Positions 41,127 through 51,558 of a stretch of 64,000 nucleotides of DNA are shown here, piece by piece. The DNA comes from an uncultured Nitrospiraceae bacterium (GTDB lineage Bacteria > Nitrospirota > Nitrospiria > Nitrospirales > Nitrospiraceae): contig CAVSTP010000004.1 of NCBI GenBank assembly GCA_963730935.1, positions 1,216,001 to 1,280,000 on the forward strand. Reading direction: 5' to 3'. The translations under genes were made by a program, and so were the position numbers. The notes beneath the pieces were generated by a model. It ran no database searches. It saw only the letters and a program-made list of their open reading frames with translations, and was not told where the DNA came from. Each line of letters opens with the position of its first letter. Positions within the stretch are counted from its first letter, which is position 1.

Positions 41127-42589
41127 CAGGTAATTTTTAGCACTCTTAATTCGATGGAAGTATGGACAGGACCAGCGAGCGGCATGATCTTACAAGGTTC
41201 TACCTTAATGAACGCTGCATCTTCAATCACGTCCCAAATGACGGACTTCGAATAGTCGTATGCTTCGCTGCCAAATGCCAGACCGTCCCTGAATCCAAAA
41301 ATACCGGTGAGCAATACATAATCCTGATGCGCAAGTGGAACACGGCAACTCGTAGAGACTAGAAATCGGTCGCCGGCGTTACCAACAATACGATGGACTG
41401 AATTTATGTCATTCGCGGAAAGTACAAAACTACCTTTCAAATCACGCAGTCTAATTCCTAGAATGAATTCCGAGTTCACTGGCCGACACACTTCTAACAG
41501 GTAATGCAAGGATATCTGCTCGTTGTATTCACAAGAGGTGACTCGACTACCTGACTCGTTGAGCAAGACCAAGTTCTTCACAATCACATCGCCTGTTCCA
41601 ATACGTGACCGTTCCCTGTTTGCTTCAAAGGTGGGATTCGGCTCAAACAGCTGCGGAGGAACAGAAAGTTTCCCGATCTTGGTACCGTAAGATACTGGCC
41701 CGATTTCCGGTGGACCGAGCGGCTGGACCGAGTCCGACATATCCGAACGGCTTAGAATGATTCCTTGCTCCGCCCAGCAGAACCGCTCGTATTCTTTGGA
41801 CACTGTTTTCGCATCACCCCACAACTCCGCACGTCCGTTCTTCAACCATAGTGCGCGGCTGCAAATGGACCGGACTGTGGAGATATCGTGCGAGACGAAC
41901 AACACACTTTTCCCGTCGTCGACCAAACGGCGAAGCCGCTTATAGCACTTCGATTGGAACGGTACGTCCCCTACACCAAGCGCTTCATCTACGACCAAAA
42001 TTTCCGGCTCGATACAAGTGTTTACGGCAAAAGCCAAACGCATTAGCATGCCTGAACTGTAGGTTTTTATCGGCTGCTCAAGGAACTCACCGATGTCTGC
42101 GAACGCCGCAATGTCATCGAACTTTGCATCAATCTCTTTCTTGCTCAGGCCTTGAATCGCCGCATTTATATAGACGTTTTCGCGTCCAGTGAATTCTGGA
42201 TTGAACCCGCTGCCTAGTTCCAATAATGCTGCCACACGGCCATGCACTTGAACTTCACCCCGGGTCACATCCAGCGTCCCTGCGATGATTTGCAAAAGCG
42301 TCGATTTCCCTGAGCCATTCCGGCCAACAATGCCAACGGTTTCTCCTCTCTTGACTTCAAAGCAGACATCCTTCAAGGCCCAAAATTCACGAGCGTAGGA
42401 TGTGACCGACATCCCTAAGAGACGGTGAAGATGCGGGAAGATCGCCTGTTTGAGTCGATCCTGTGCCTTGTCATAGAGATGGTAACATTTGCTCACATTC
42501 GTGGCTTGAATGGCAAGGTCGCTGTGCGAGTCGACGAGTTCTTCCCCTGCGCGGTCTTCTTTCAGTAGCACCTGGCTTTCAGACGACAT
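41126..42589 (-). CDS. wzt: Polysaccharide ABC exporter ATPase with C-terminal Wzt_C-like domain
   Basis: FWALKD, GRNGSGKST, TYSSGM, VDEAL, VSH; long C-terminal extension. Confidence 0.95.
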   Translation of the reverse strand: MSSESQVLLKEDRAGEELVDSHSDLAIQATNVSKCYHLYDKAQDRLKQAIFPHLHRLLGMSVTSYAREFWALKDVCFEVKRGETVGIVGRNGSGKSTLLQIIAGTLDVTRGEVQVHGRVAALLELGSGFNPEFTGRENVYINAAIQGLSKKEIDAKFDDIAAFADIGEFLEQPIKTYSSGMLMRLAFAVNTCIEPEILVVDEALGVGDVPFQSKCYKRLRRLVDDGKSVLFVSHDISTVRSICSRALWLKNGRAELWGDAKTVSKEYERFCWAEQGIILSRSDMSDSVQPLGPPEIGPVSYGTKIGKLSVPPQLFEPNPTFEANRERSRIGTGDVIVKNLVLLNESGSRVTSCEYNEQISLHYLLEVCRPVNSEFILGIRLRDLKGSFVLSANDINSVHRIVGNAGDRFLVSTSCRVPLAHQDYVLLTGIFGFRDGLAFGSEAYDYSKSVIWDVIEDAAFIKVEPCKIMPLAGPVHTSIELRVLKIT

Positions 42590-43400
42590 CGGCGAAACCT
42601 CTTCGAGTCTTCTGAAACCACCAGAATCCAGCCCAAGCGATGGCGAAACTGCTGACTGCATACCAGGTCCACCCGATCCAGTCGAAGGTCCGTCCAAAAA
42701 TCAAGACGTTGCGTCCCGCCTCAATTACGAAGGTTAGGGGGTTTAGCTTGAGCAAGTTTTGAAATTCTTGAGGCACCGCGGAGAGAGGGAAAAACACCGG
42801 AGAAATAAATAAGAAGATCGTAGTGACGATGCCGGTGACCTGGACAATATCGCGGATGTACACACCAAGGGCCGAAAGGAACCAGGCAATTCCAAGTGTC
42901 GCGCATAGCAAGGGCATCAGCACGAACGGAATCAGCACAATGGTCCAGGGAATGGTCCCGTGCGTCAACAGCAGTGCCAGGAGCATGACTGCCAAACTGA
43001 TGCCGCCATGAAAGGTGGCTGAGCCCATCGCCACACAAGGCAGAATCTCCAATGGAAAAACGACTTTCTTCACGTAGTTGGGATTTGAAAGAATCAAACT
43101 CGGCGCGCGATTCACGCATTCGGCAAACAGCGCATGAAGAATCATCCCGACGAATAACAGAAGAGCAAAATCGGCCGTACTGCCTTCCGCCATGCCTGGC
43201 CATCTCGCTCGAAAGACGACCGAGAAGACAAAGGTGTAAATCGCCAACATCACAAGCGGGTGAAACAGCGACCATCCCAATCCCATAATGGACCCGCGAT
43301 ACCTTCCGAGCACATCCCTTTTTGTCATCTGGACAATTAGGGAACGATTGCGCCAGAGACTGGCGAAAATCTCTTTAGGTGAGCTGGGAAAATGTTGCAT
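42579..43400 (-). CDS. wzm: Polysaccharide ABC exporter permease
   Basis: RYRGSIMG, YVKKVVFP, LNPL, GFADV. Confidence 0.95.
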   Translation of the reverse strand: MQHFPSSPKEIFASLWRNRSLIVQMTKRDVLGRYRGSIMGLGWSLFHPLVMLAIYTFVFSVVFRARWPGMAEGSTADFALLLFVGMILHALFAECVNRAPSLILSNPNYVKKVVFPLEILPCVAMGSATFHGGISLAVMLLALLLTHGTIPWTIVLIPFVLMPLLCATLGIAWFLSALGVYIRDIVQVTGIVTTIFLFISPVFFPLSAVPQEFQNLLKLNPLTFVIEAGRNVLIFGRTFDWIGWTWYAVSSFAIAWAGFWWFQKTRRGFADVV

Positions 43401-43424
43401 GACAAGAAGGTGGAAATCGTGGAA

Positions 43425-44306
43425 TCAATACACCGTTTCTTGTAGGACTCGTAGCAAATACTGTCCGTATCCATTCTTGGCCAATGGTTCCGCAAGACTC
43501 TCTAATTGCTCGGCATCGATCCATTTTTGCCTGTATGCAATTTCTTCCGGACACGCCACTTTGAGTCCTTGTCGGTGTTCCAGTGTGGCGATGAACTGGC
43601 TTGCATCGAGCAGGGACTCGTGTGTCCCAGTATCGAGCCATGCGTAGCCGCGACCCATGAGTTCCACATTGAGCTTTCCCACTTCCAGATAAGAACGATT
43701 CAGGTCTGTGATTTCTAGTTCTCCGCGGGCTGAAGGCTTAAGACCCTTGGCCACATCGGCGACTTGTTCGTCATAGAAGTATAGACCAGTGACAGCATAG
43801 CTGGATTTCGGCTTACAGGGCTTTTCTTCGAGCGATACTACCCTGCCGCCTTGGTCAAACTCGATGACCCCATACCGCTCCGGATCCTGAACATGGTAAG
43901 CAAAAATGGTGGCGCCCTCCGTGCGTGCCATCGCATTCCTCAGTAAATGATGAAAATCATGGCCGTAGAAAATATTGTCGCCTAACACAAGGGCTGACGA
44001 AGAGTTCTTAACAAAGGATGCACCAATAATGAAGGCTTGTGCCAGACCATCAGGCGATGGTTGTACAGCGTATTGCAGATTGAGCCCCCACTGTTCTCCG
44101 GTGCCAAGTAGTTGCCGAAACCGGGGAGTGTCATGCGGCGTAGAAATGATTAGGATTTCTCGGATGCCAGCCAGCATCAGCGTGCTGAGCGGATAATAGA
44201 TCATTGGCTTATCAAATACCGGCAACAACTGCTTCGATAATGCTTGGGTAACCGGATACAGTCTGGTTCCTGAACCTCCAGCGAGGATGATGCCTTTGCG
44301 TGTCAT
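43425..44306 (-). CDS. rfbA: Glucose-1-phosphate thymidylyltransferase
   Basis: [37 protein letters not shown]. Confidence 0.97.
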   Translation of the reverse strand: MTRKGIILAGGSGTRLYPVTQALSKQLLPVFDKPMIYYPLSTLMLAGIREILIISTPHDTPRFRQLLGTGEQWGLNLQYAVQPSPDGLAQAFIIGASFVKNSSSALVLGDNIFYGHDFHHLLRNAMARTEGATIFAYHVQDPERYGVIEFDQGGRVVSLEEKPCKPKSSYAVTGLYFYDEQVADVAKGLKPSARGELEITDLNRSYLEVGKLNVELMGRGYAWLDTGTHESLLDASQFIATLEHRQGLKVACPEEIAYRQKWIDAEQLESLAEPLAKNGYGQYLLRVLQETVY

Positions 44307-44355
44307 GCAGAACCCTAATTCACAAAAGGTGACGAGCCGGCGACATTAGTCGCCA

Positions 44356-45750
44356 TTAATACGCGTGCTTATGAATGAATCCTCTCCACAGAGTGAGACA
44401 CATGATTTTGAGGTCAAACCACACTGACCAGTGTTCGATGTAATATAAGTCATGCTCAATCCGTTTATCGAGTGACGTATCCCCCCTCCACCCATTCACC
44501 TGGGCCCATCCTGTAATGCCTGCCTTCATCTTGTGTTTGAGCATGTAGAGTGGAATCTGTTTCCTGACTGCCTCCACGACCCACGAACGTTCAGGGCGCG
44601 GCCCTACGATGCTCATCTCTCCCTTGATGACGTTGAAGAACTGAGGCAACTCGTCCAAGCTGGTCTTGCGGAGAAAGCGGCCAATGCTCGTCACCCGAGG
44701 ATCATTCTTCGGAGTGAGCAAGACGGTGTCACCGGGTTGGTCGACCAGCATGGTTCGAAATTTGAGCATCATAAAGGGCTTCCCGTCCACGCCCATTCGT
44801 TCCTGTCGATAAAAAACAGGCCCTGGCGATGTCAGCTTCACGGCCAGCGCAATGACGAACATCAATGGGGCTGTCAATGTCAGTGCCACCGCCGCACCGA
44901 TGAAATCCGTTATGGCCTTCACGACGACGTTCCATCCATAGAGAGGCGAGCCCTGTAAGGTGATGACAGGCAGGCCCTCGAACATCTCGGCCTCGGCACG
45001 CAAGGTGATGAATTCGTAGATGGAAGGAATGACCTTCACCTCCAGCGTCGTTGTGGCCAAAAACTGCAAGATCTTCTCCGCCCCCTGCTCTTCATCAGGA
45101 GGCAAACAAACAAACACAATGTCAAGCGCTGGCGCATATTTCTCTATGTCTGAATAGAGACCACTGACCCTTATTCCTTCATATGTTTGCCCTAACTTAT
45201 TCGGATGGCGCGTCAGAAAGCCCTGTATATTGATTCCAAATTCGCTATGCATCGCGATCAGCCGTGCCACTCGTTGTCCCAGTTTTCCTGCTCCGATCAC
45301 GAGAGAGTGGCGCTGGTTAAACCCTTGCTTGCGCATGAACCGCAGGCCCTCTCGGAAGGCCATGCGGGAGAAACCAAGCGCAACGAGATTGAGCAGCCAG
45401 AAATAAAGAAACACAAGCCGGGAGTATTCAAATTGACGGTGAAACGCGGTGAAGGCGACAAGGACAAGAACGGATAGCGTATTGGCCTTAGCAATGTCCA
45501 AAAATTCCGCTAGGTGTGATCCCATGCGCCGGGGACGGTACAAGTTGAAGGCTCGAAACGATATTCCCCATACCGCGAGAATCGGAATCAGCAGCCACAG
45601 GTAGATCTCAAAAGGCGGAATGCCCTTATCAATCGGCGCAAGCCCCTCCAGAAATCGAAGATAGTACGCGAGGAGCCAGCACCCGCAGATCACAGCGAGG
45701 TCAAAGAGAAAAAGAAGACTCTGCAAGAATTGTGAGTGTCGTTTGAGCAT
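44356..45750 (-). CDS. wcaJ: Undecaprenyl-phosphate sugar phosphotransferase (WcaJ-like)
   Basis: N-terminal TMs, KFRTM, DPRVT, SLDELPQ, GPRPE, GITGWAQVNG, DLYYIEHW. Confidence 0.92.
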   Translation of the reverse strand: MLKRHSQFLQSLLFLFDLAVICGCWLLAYYLRFLEGLAPIDKGIPPFEIYLWLLIPILAVWGISFRAFNLYRPRRMGSHLAEFLDIAKANTLSVLVLVAFTAFHRQFEYSRLVFLYFWLLNLVALGFSRMAFREGLRFMRKQGFNQRHSLVIGAGKLGQRVARLIAMHSEFGINIQGFLTRHPNKLGQTYEGIRVSGLYSDIEKYAPALDIVFVCLPPDEEQGAEKILQFLATTTLEVKVIPSIYEFITLRAEAEMFEGLPVITLQGSPLYGWNVVVKAITDFIGAAVALTLTAPLMFVIALAVKLTSPGPVFYRQERMGVDGKPFMMLKFRTMLVDQPGDTVLLTPKNDPRVTSIGRFLRKTSLDELPQFFNVIKGEMSIVGPRPERSWVVEAVRKQIPLYMLKHKMKAGITGWAQVNGWRGDTSLDKRIEHDLYYIEHWSVWFDLKIMCLTLWRGFIHKHAY

Positions 45751-45798
45751 GAGGATAGTTCGCTTACCGGCCGTAAGACGCGCCTGCACCGAAAGGCG

Positions 45799-46716
45799 CT
45801 ATTTCGAATGCATGCTCGCCCATCGAACGATCCAGTTTGGCAAATACGGATACAAATGTCCTAACTGGTACCCTCCCCATTTGGCAGCGTTGCGGAGGAG
45901 GCTTACGGGAACAAAGCGCGTAAAGCCGTTGTTACGGAGGAAGGCTACCTCCGATCGTACGAATCGCAAACCCTCAGAACTTGCACTCCCATATCTTTCA
46001 AGTATCCACTGTTCCCTGTTAAAAAAAGCACCGAGATCGAAATACCGCTTGAATTCCTGCTGCATCGAATAGTTGTGCGAGTGATAGACGACCGCATCGG
46101 CCACGTACGCAATGCGGAATCCGTTTACCAGCATCTTCGCACATGCGTGCATGTCCTCCCCCATCAACAGCCCTGCCTTAAACCACCCGACGTTTTCTAG
46201 AGCCTTTCGCTTGTACGCGGCAAAAGAATTGGAGCAGAAAAATGTTTTCATACCGTATTGGTCACAATCCTCGATTGCTCGAGTATGCGAGACAGCTGGA
46301 TAATTGAACGCTCTGAGATGCTGCGCAAAGGGGGTGGCGTCTCGATGAGGAACCTGGCGACCAAATGCCGCGCCTATCCGGTCGTCTTCAAGTAGTTTCG
46401 ACACGAGCGCGGACACTGTTCCTTCATTCAAAGGAAGCGCGTCTTGGGTCACATACACTAGGACGTCACCTTTCGCCAACTTGCCCATATTGGTACGAGT
46501 CCGGCCGTGGTCGAAGTCCCGCTTCGGAATGACCAGCGTCCTCGCTCCATGAGACTTCGCAATGGATAATGTATCGTCTGTCGAAGAGGAGTCGACCACA
46601 ATGACCTCGAAGAGACTGAGCTGTTGGCGGTTCAATATCTCGAGTAACGTCCCAAACGAAGGCCCAGCATTGTACGTCGGGATGAGAATGCTGACCATCT
46701 GGTCAGCGATCAGCAC
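45799..46716 (-). CDS. GT2 glycosyltransferase (putative rhamnosyltransferase)
   Basis: IPTYNA, VDSSSTD, FDHGRTR, TQDA, GED, VYHSHNY. Confidence 0.88.
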   Translation of the reverse strand: MLIADQMVSILIPTYNAGPSFGTLLEILNRQQLSLFEVIVVDSSSTDDTLSIAKSHGARTLVIPKRDFDHGRTRTNMGKLAKGDVLVYVTQDALPLNEGTVSALVSKLLEDDRIGAAFGRQVPHRDATPFAQHLRAFNYPAVSHTRAIEDCDQYGMKTFFCSNSFAAYKRKALENVGWFKAGLLMGEDMHACAKMLVNGFRIAYVADAVVYHSHNYSMQQEFKRYFDLGAFFNREQWILERYGSASSEGLRFVRSEVAFLRNNGFTRFVPVSLLRNAAKWGGYQLGHLYPYLPNWIVRWASMHSK

Positions 46717-47927
46717 GCAAGCACCTTTTCATAGATGCGTTCAAGCTCTTTGATATGACGGTCAAGGGTTCTGGGATGCTTCCAATACTGGTCATGGGCT
46801 GCACGACCCATGGCCGACGCACGTTGAGGTTCGCGGATGGCCACCATCTTCCTCGCCAGATCTCGGCTGTCGCCGGCTTTGAACCATGATCCAGTGACAC
46901 CATCAATCACAGAGGCGCGGGCTGCCGAGGCGTCGGACACGATCGATGGAATGCCAAGCGCTGCAGCCTCAGAGACAGCGAGTCCTTCAGTTTCATACAA
47001 AAGGGAAGGAAATACCAAAGCCCTTGCATGTTTCAGCTGTGCGGTGACCTCCTGCCGCGAAAGCCAACCCAACATCTTAGCCGTAGGGCAGCGGCGCAGC
47101 ACATCCGCACGCTGGTCTCCGTCACCTATAAATACAGCTTCACAGCCTACCTGACTTGCGGCCTCGGCGAACAGCTGAGGACCTTTCTCTTGCGCGATTC
47201 TTCCGACCATCACAAATGCAGAATTTGCTTCGACGTCTACAGGATCTTGATAAGACGCCTGAACAGGATTTTGCACGTGATAAATCTGTGAGTCCGGAGG
47301 TAAAAACGGCTTGAGAATGCGTTCGCTAAATGGTGACACGACAATGAAATGGCGGATCTCTCTCGGGAGGCCACCGAAGCGGTTTTGCACGACTTGGCGT
47401 ACCACCCGCCATAACTTCTGACCGTAGTGTCGCCGGTCACACTGGCTGGCGATGCACGAACCGGAAAGCGGCCGGAGCTCGCAAATGGTATTCGTGGTGT
47501 AATTGAAAAAGCTTCCGTTGGGGCAGGCCGAGAAGTAATCGTGAAGTGTGCAAATAACTTTGAACTTGCGCGACAAGGCGGCTCTGATCACGCTTGAAGA
47601 AAGCGCTTTGGTCCACCCGTGGACATGAACCACCGTCTGATGAGGGTCCAGGTTGCTGAGAACGTCCTCCATGGCCCGAGCCGCCTTCCTGTTCCAGAGA
47701 CCTTGCACAAGCGCGCCCATTCGCTGCGGATCGTCGGCAATAGCATGTTGGCCCGTGCAGACCACACGAAACACGCTCTTTTGAACAGCCGGATCGATTG
47801 GAGGAACGGCCGACAGGAGGGTAACCCGGTGTCCGGCATCTGCAAGTCCAATGGCACCTGATAGCGCAACGACGCTGTTGCCGCCTTCAACGTGAGCAAA
47901 ATCGCTGACGACAACGATGTTCAACAT
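46710..47927 (-). CDS. GT4 glycosyltransferase
   Basis: TLHDY..CP, VGRIAQEKG, PSLLYETEGLAVSEA. Confidence 0.88.
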   Translation of the reverse strand: MLNIVVVSDFAHVEGGNSVVALSGAIGLADAGHRVTLLSAVPPIDPAVQKSVFRVVCTGQHAIADDPQRMGALVQGLWNRKAARAMEDVLSNLDPHQTVVHVHGWTKALSSSVIRAALSRKFKVICTLHDYFSACPNGSFFNYTTNTICELRPLSGSCIASQCDRRHYGQKLWRVVRQVVQNRFGGLPREIRHFIVVSPFSERILKPFLPPDSQIYHVQNPVQASYQDPVDVEANSAFVMVGRIAQEKGPQLFAEAASQVGCEAVFIGDGDQRADVLRRCPTAKMLGWLSRQEVTAQLKHARALVFPSLLYETEGLAVSEAAALGIPSIVSDASAARASVIDGVTGSWFKAGDSRDLARKMVAIREPQRASAMGRAAHDQYWKHPRTLDRHIKELERIYEKVLAC

Positions 47928-47974
47928 CGATGAAGGATGAAAGACACACCAAACGGAACTGTTTTTTGAGCGCT

Positions 47975-49141
47975 CTAAGAAAGACCGACCAGATCTATCA
48001 TGCGACGGACGATTCGGTTCCAATCCTTGCCGGCAGCGTAGTTCTGAAGCGTGCTCTGTTCTGGCGGCCGCGAGATGGCCTCTAGAATCCCTGCAAGAAA
48101 GTGTTCCCGGTCGTTGGTTAATGCCGCGGGACTTTTAAGATTCTGTAGCTCTTCCCACTCTACCGCGACGACAGGCAATCCGCTGGCCAGATATTCATAC
48201 AACTTGAGCGGATGAATGCTGCGCACGAGATCCCGGTGATTGACGACATCGAAGGGAATTAACCCTACGTTTGCATGCTGCAGATAGCCCGGGAGTTCGT
48301 CGTAGGGCCTCGACCCCAGGACGAAAAGATTCTTGGCAGGTTTCAACATCGTCCGTGCTCGGTGGTCCGGACCGACGAGAACAAATGAGACTTCTGGCAG
48401 ATGCGCCACCGAGAAATTCATCAGCTCCCAATCAAACCACACATCCATCGCGCCGATATATATCGCAATCGGTTTCGGAATGGCGTCGTATTCGCATGGC
48501 TGTTCATCTCGCTTGCGAAAGAAATGATCGAAATTCACTCCGTTGGGCAGATGTGCCATATTTCGCGGATGCATTGCCTTTACATGTTCTTCCAACGTTT
48601 GAGCGGCATAGACGACAACGTCGACCCACTGTGCCAAATCAAGCTCCGATTCAGCGAGTGCAGGTGAGAATTTGTCGAATGACGAATAGTGGTCAGCGAT
48701 CCGATAAACCGCCTTGCGATGCGGGACATCCCGTAACCAACTGAATGGCACGGCGCTGTCGCAGTACAGGAGGTCGGCCTCTGCAAATCCGGCCCCGCGC
48801 ATCACACGACCAATTGGGGGCCACGCTAGCTTGGCCCATTGGCGGGATACCCAACGATTCCTTAAGATGGGCTTATTATGAGGCGTCACGAACGCCCCCG
48901 GAACATACGCCCATAAATGTCCCTTGAGGTCCCATTCGCCACCACCAGCATACAGGCGATATCGCTCCCGTAGCTGCTGAAACTCGCCGCCTCCTACATG
49001 CCACGGTGAAATGGGATCAGAGACGAACGCGACGTCCCAACCTGCATTGACAAAACCACGAGCTAGATGGTGGCTTCCCACCTGAAAAGGAGAATTCCAA
49101 TGGTTGGCGGCAGCCACAACGACCTTTTTTCGCATCGCCAT
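47975..49141 (-). CDS. GT4-like glycosyltransferase (TuaH-like)
   Basis: YIGA, WFDWEL, GLIPF, PLKLYEYLASGLPVV. Confidence 0.85.
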   Translation of the reverse strand: MAMRKKVVVAAANHWNSPFQVGSHHLARGFVNAGWDVAFVSDPISPWHVGGGEFQQLRERYRLYAGGGEWDLKGHLWAYVPGAFVTPHNKPILRNRWVSRQWAKLAWPPIGRVMRGAGFAEADLLYCDSAVPFSWLRDVPHRKAVYRIADHYSSFDKFSPALAESELDLAQWVDVVVYAAQTLEEHVKAMHPRNMAHLPNGVNFDHFFRKRDEQPCEYDAIPKPIAIYIGAMDVWFDWELMNFSVAHLPEVSFVLVGPDHRARTMLKPAKNLFVLGSRPYDELPGYLQHANVGLIPFDVVNHRDLVRSIHPLKLYEYLASGLPVVAVEWEELQNLKSPAALTNDREHFLAGILEAISRPPEQSTLQNYAAGKDWNRIVRRMIDLVGLS

Positions 49142-49242
49142 TGACTGGATCTCAGAGGCCAACGAATACTACTCGATCTCAACCTATTTGACGGCTTTTA
49201 GGGCAATAAACCATCCACAATCTCTGGGATGGACTTCAGTAC

Positions 49243-51558
49243 TCATACCTTGATAGTCCACTCAATACACCGTGATTCTGTTTTCAGAGAAATGACATGT
49301 GTTCGAGCAAGTAAGCCGTATCCATTCGAATGGTACGAATCAGCAATTGACCATTCGCCACCAGCACTGGATAGCCTGTACGTATGCGAATTACAGATAA
49401 GATCTACACGGGTGGGATCCGATGAAAGGGTTACCCTGAGAGATGGCGGGACATGAAACAAGACTTGTTTGGCACCTTCAACCGCATATTGGTCGCATGC
49501 ATGGATGCCATTTTGCGTGATGCGCATCTCGCGCCGGTGGCTGGAGCCAAAGCCTGAGTGTTCTCCTAGAAAGTGAGTCGGCTGACAGGCAATGACTTTC
49601 GGACTCGACCTGTCTCGGAGCAAAAACAATCCTTCTCGCCCTTCCTTCCAGTCGTTCTGTTCCCTGCCATCAATCACCAGACTGTTGTGCATCGAGGTGG
49701 ACCTAAACCGATTCCTCATATTGGGCAAGGGGGTGTACACATAGGTGCCAGGGTCTGTAACAAGCACATTCCCATCAAAAGCCAGCTCAAAGGACAAAAT
49801 GTCATTATGTGCGTGGTTTCCGATTTGATTGACGTCACCTCGCCCACATCGTATGGCAAGGTACACTCGGGGCGATTTGTAGACGAATAGGCCGAAATCC
49901 GGATAGGCAGCTACCCGCAACCCTTTCCGAAGATCTCCTGATAACGCCGATGCCTCTCCCGCGGTGTTTTCTTCTGAGGGGGTCCTGGTGGAACACGGCA
50001 CTGGTTCCGGATCAGAGCGATCCCGAGACCCTTTGGCTAGACGACGGACAACGTACGAGTCAACATGCTCGCGTTTGTCACCGATTTGCGGGTTGGGCGC
50101 ATCCAATAAGGCGCCGATGGCAGATATGAGATGGCCATGATCCAATTGGTCCTCTTCACATCTTGGATCATCCGTCGTGTAGGAGGGATGTAACTTCAAG
50201 AAACGCCCGTTGTCGCAGTCGCCGATCTGCACAACATGTCCGTCGGGTCTCGTGATATCCCGAGTGAACTCGGCCATGAGACCAATCCTCTCGAAGTACC
50301 AATCCGGGAAGGGAGAGGCTTCATGCTGTCCCGCTCTGTAATGAAGGATCAGTGGCGGAGGGCCTAATGCCGGTTGTGTACGGTGCATCCTATGATCGTA
50401 CGACATGAGTGCGCTGCGTTTTTCCGAATTCAGACCCAACACTAGAGCTGTCGCATACACAACCATTTCTGCGCATAATCGATGATAGCTCGTAGACGCC
50501 TCGAAATTCGCGCCATCCGGCGTAAACTGATGTCCGACCTCTCTCACGAGCTCTTGAACGGAAAATGCCAACCAGAGGTCGGTTTCGGCAGACCGAGGCA
50601 AGTACGCCGCGACGAATAGCAAGCCAACGATGTCTGCTAGATAGTGATTCCCGACGGCTTCGTTGTTCCATTCCAAATTGGCAATGATATGCGAGCCATG
50701 CTGGTACACACTTCGCATGAGCTCGCGTTCGAACTCCGCGTCGAAACGTGCGCCGAAGGCATGGAAAAGATCATAGCTGACCAACCAGTTCGCCACACGA
50801 ATAGCGACGTCCATCGTGCAAGCCCAGTTCACTCCAAAACGCGGGGGATTTGTCGCAACAAAATCCAGAATCTGATGACGAAACTCGTTCACGTATACTT
50901 CCGGTCTCTCAAACCCATGTGTTCGCCGTGACGCCACGGTAAAGCCGTAGGCCAGCATAGGCAGGTGCTGCATGCGCGCGAGTTCCCACGGCACTTTGAT
51001 GTCGACCCCCGCCTTATGCCCGGTATGCACAAACGGGATCTGCTTGTACCAGTCCGCTTCCGACCAACGGAATCCGGATTTGAAATCCAGTTGCCAGTCA
51101 ATTGGCGCGTACCCTGGCTGAATCAAGCTCCAAATACGACGTGATTCTTTCAGGTTCGCCGGATTGATATAGGCATTAAGCCAATTTCCTTGGGCATCAG
51201 GGTCCACCGCTGAACCTGCATGGTATCGATGGCCTTCCATTCCTTTGCATTCGATGCCGTGTCGGACGTCCATCCAACCGGAACCCAATAAATCAAAACG
51301 ATGACGGCAATAGTTCTCGAGAAGCGAAGCGAGATGAGAGGTTGGGAAGGACCAGGGAGTGCCGGAGAGTCCGTCGAGGTAGCGAAGCAGCTGTCGGGAA
51401 GGGAAAGCCTCTTCTTTCAAATATGTGGGGTGTCGCAAATCCCCTTGTCTGCGTGCACGCTCACTGCAATGGCGTCTGACGCGGCCGATGACCTTCTGCA
51501 CGATCACATGAGGCGGCAGCGACAAGACTCGATGTGCTTGATTAATTAACCGCCTCAC
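49243..51558 (-). CDS. Heparinase II/III-family protein
   Basis: DIKVPWELAR, NW.CTMDVAIR, NHYLAD, EASTSYH, HAHND, DPGTYVY, RST..HN; GTGA overlap with upstream gene. Confidence 0.85.
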   Translation of the reverse strand: MRRLINQAHRVLSLPPHVIVQKVIGRVRRHCSERARRQGDLRHPTYLKEEAFPSRQLLRYLDGLSGTPWSFPTSHLASLLENYCRHRFDLLGSGWMDVRHGIECKGMEGHRYHAGSAVDPDAQGNWLNAYINPANLKESRRIWSLIQPGYAPIDWQLDFKSGFRWSEADWYKQIPFVHTGHKAGVDIKVPWELARMQHLPMLAYGFTVASRRTHGFERPEVYVNEFRHQILDFVATNPPRFGVNWACTMDVAIRVANWLVSYDLFHAFGARFDAEFERELMRSVYQHGSHIIANLEWNNEAVGNHYLADIVGLLFVAAYLPRSAETDLWLAFSVQELVREVGHQFTPDGANFEASTSYHRLCAEMVVYATALVLGLNSEKRSALMSYDHRMHRTQPALGPPPLILHYRAGQHEASPFPDWYFERIGLMAEFTRDITRPDGHVVQIGDCDNGRFLKLHPSYTTDDPRCEEDQLDHGHLISAIGALLDAPNPQIGDKREHVDSYVVRRLAKGSRDRSDPEPVPCSTRTPSEENTAGEASALSGDLRKGLRVAAYPDFGLFVYKSPRVYLAIRCGRGDVNQIGNHAHNDILSFELAFDGNVLVTDPGTYVYTPLPNMRNRFRSTSMHNSLVIDGREQNDWKEGREGLFLLRDRSSPKVIACQPTHFLGEHSGFGSSHRREMRITQNGIHACDQYAVEGAKQVLFHVPPSLRVTLSSDPTRVDLICNSHTYRLSSAGGEWSIADSYHSNGYGLLARTHVISLKTESRCIEWTIKV

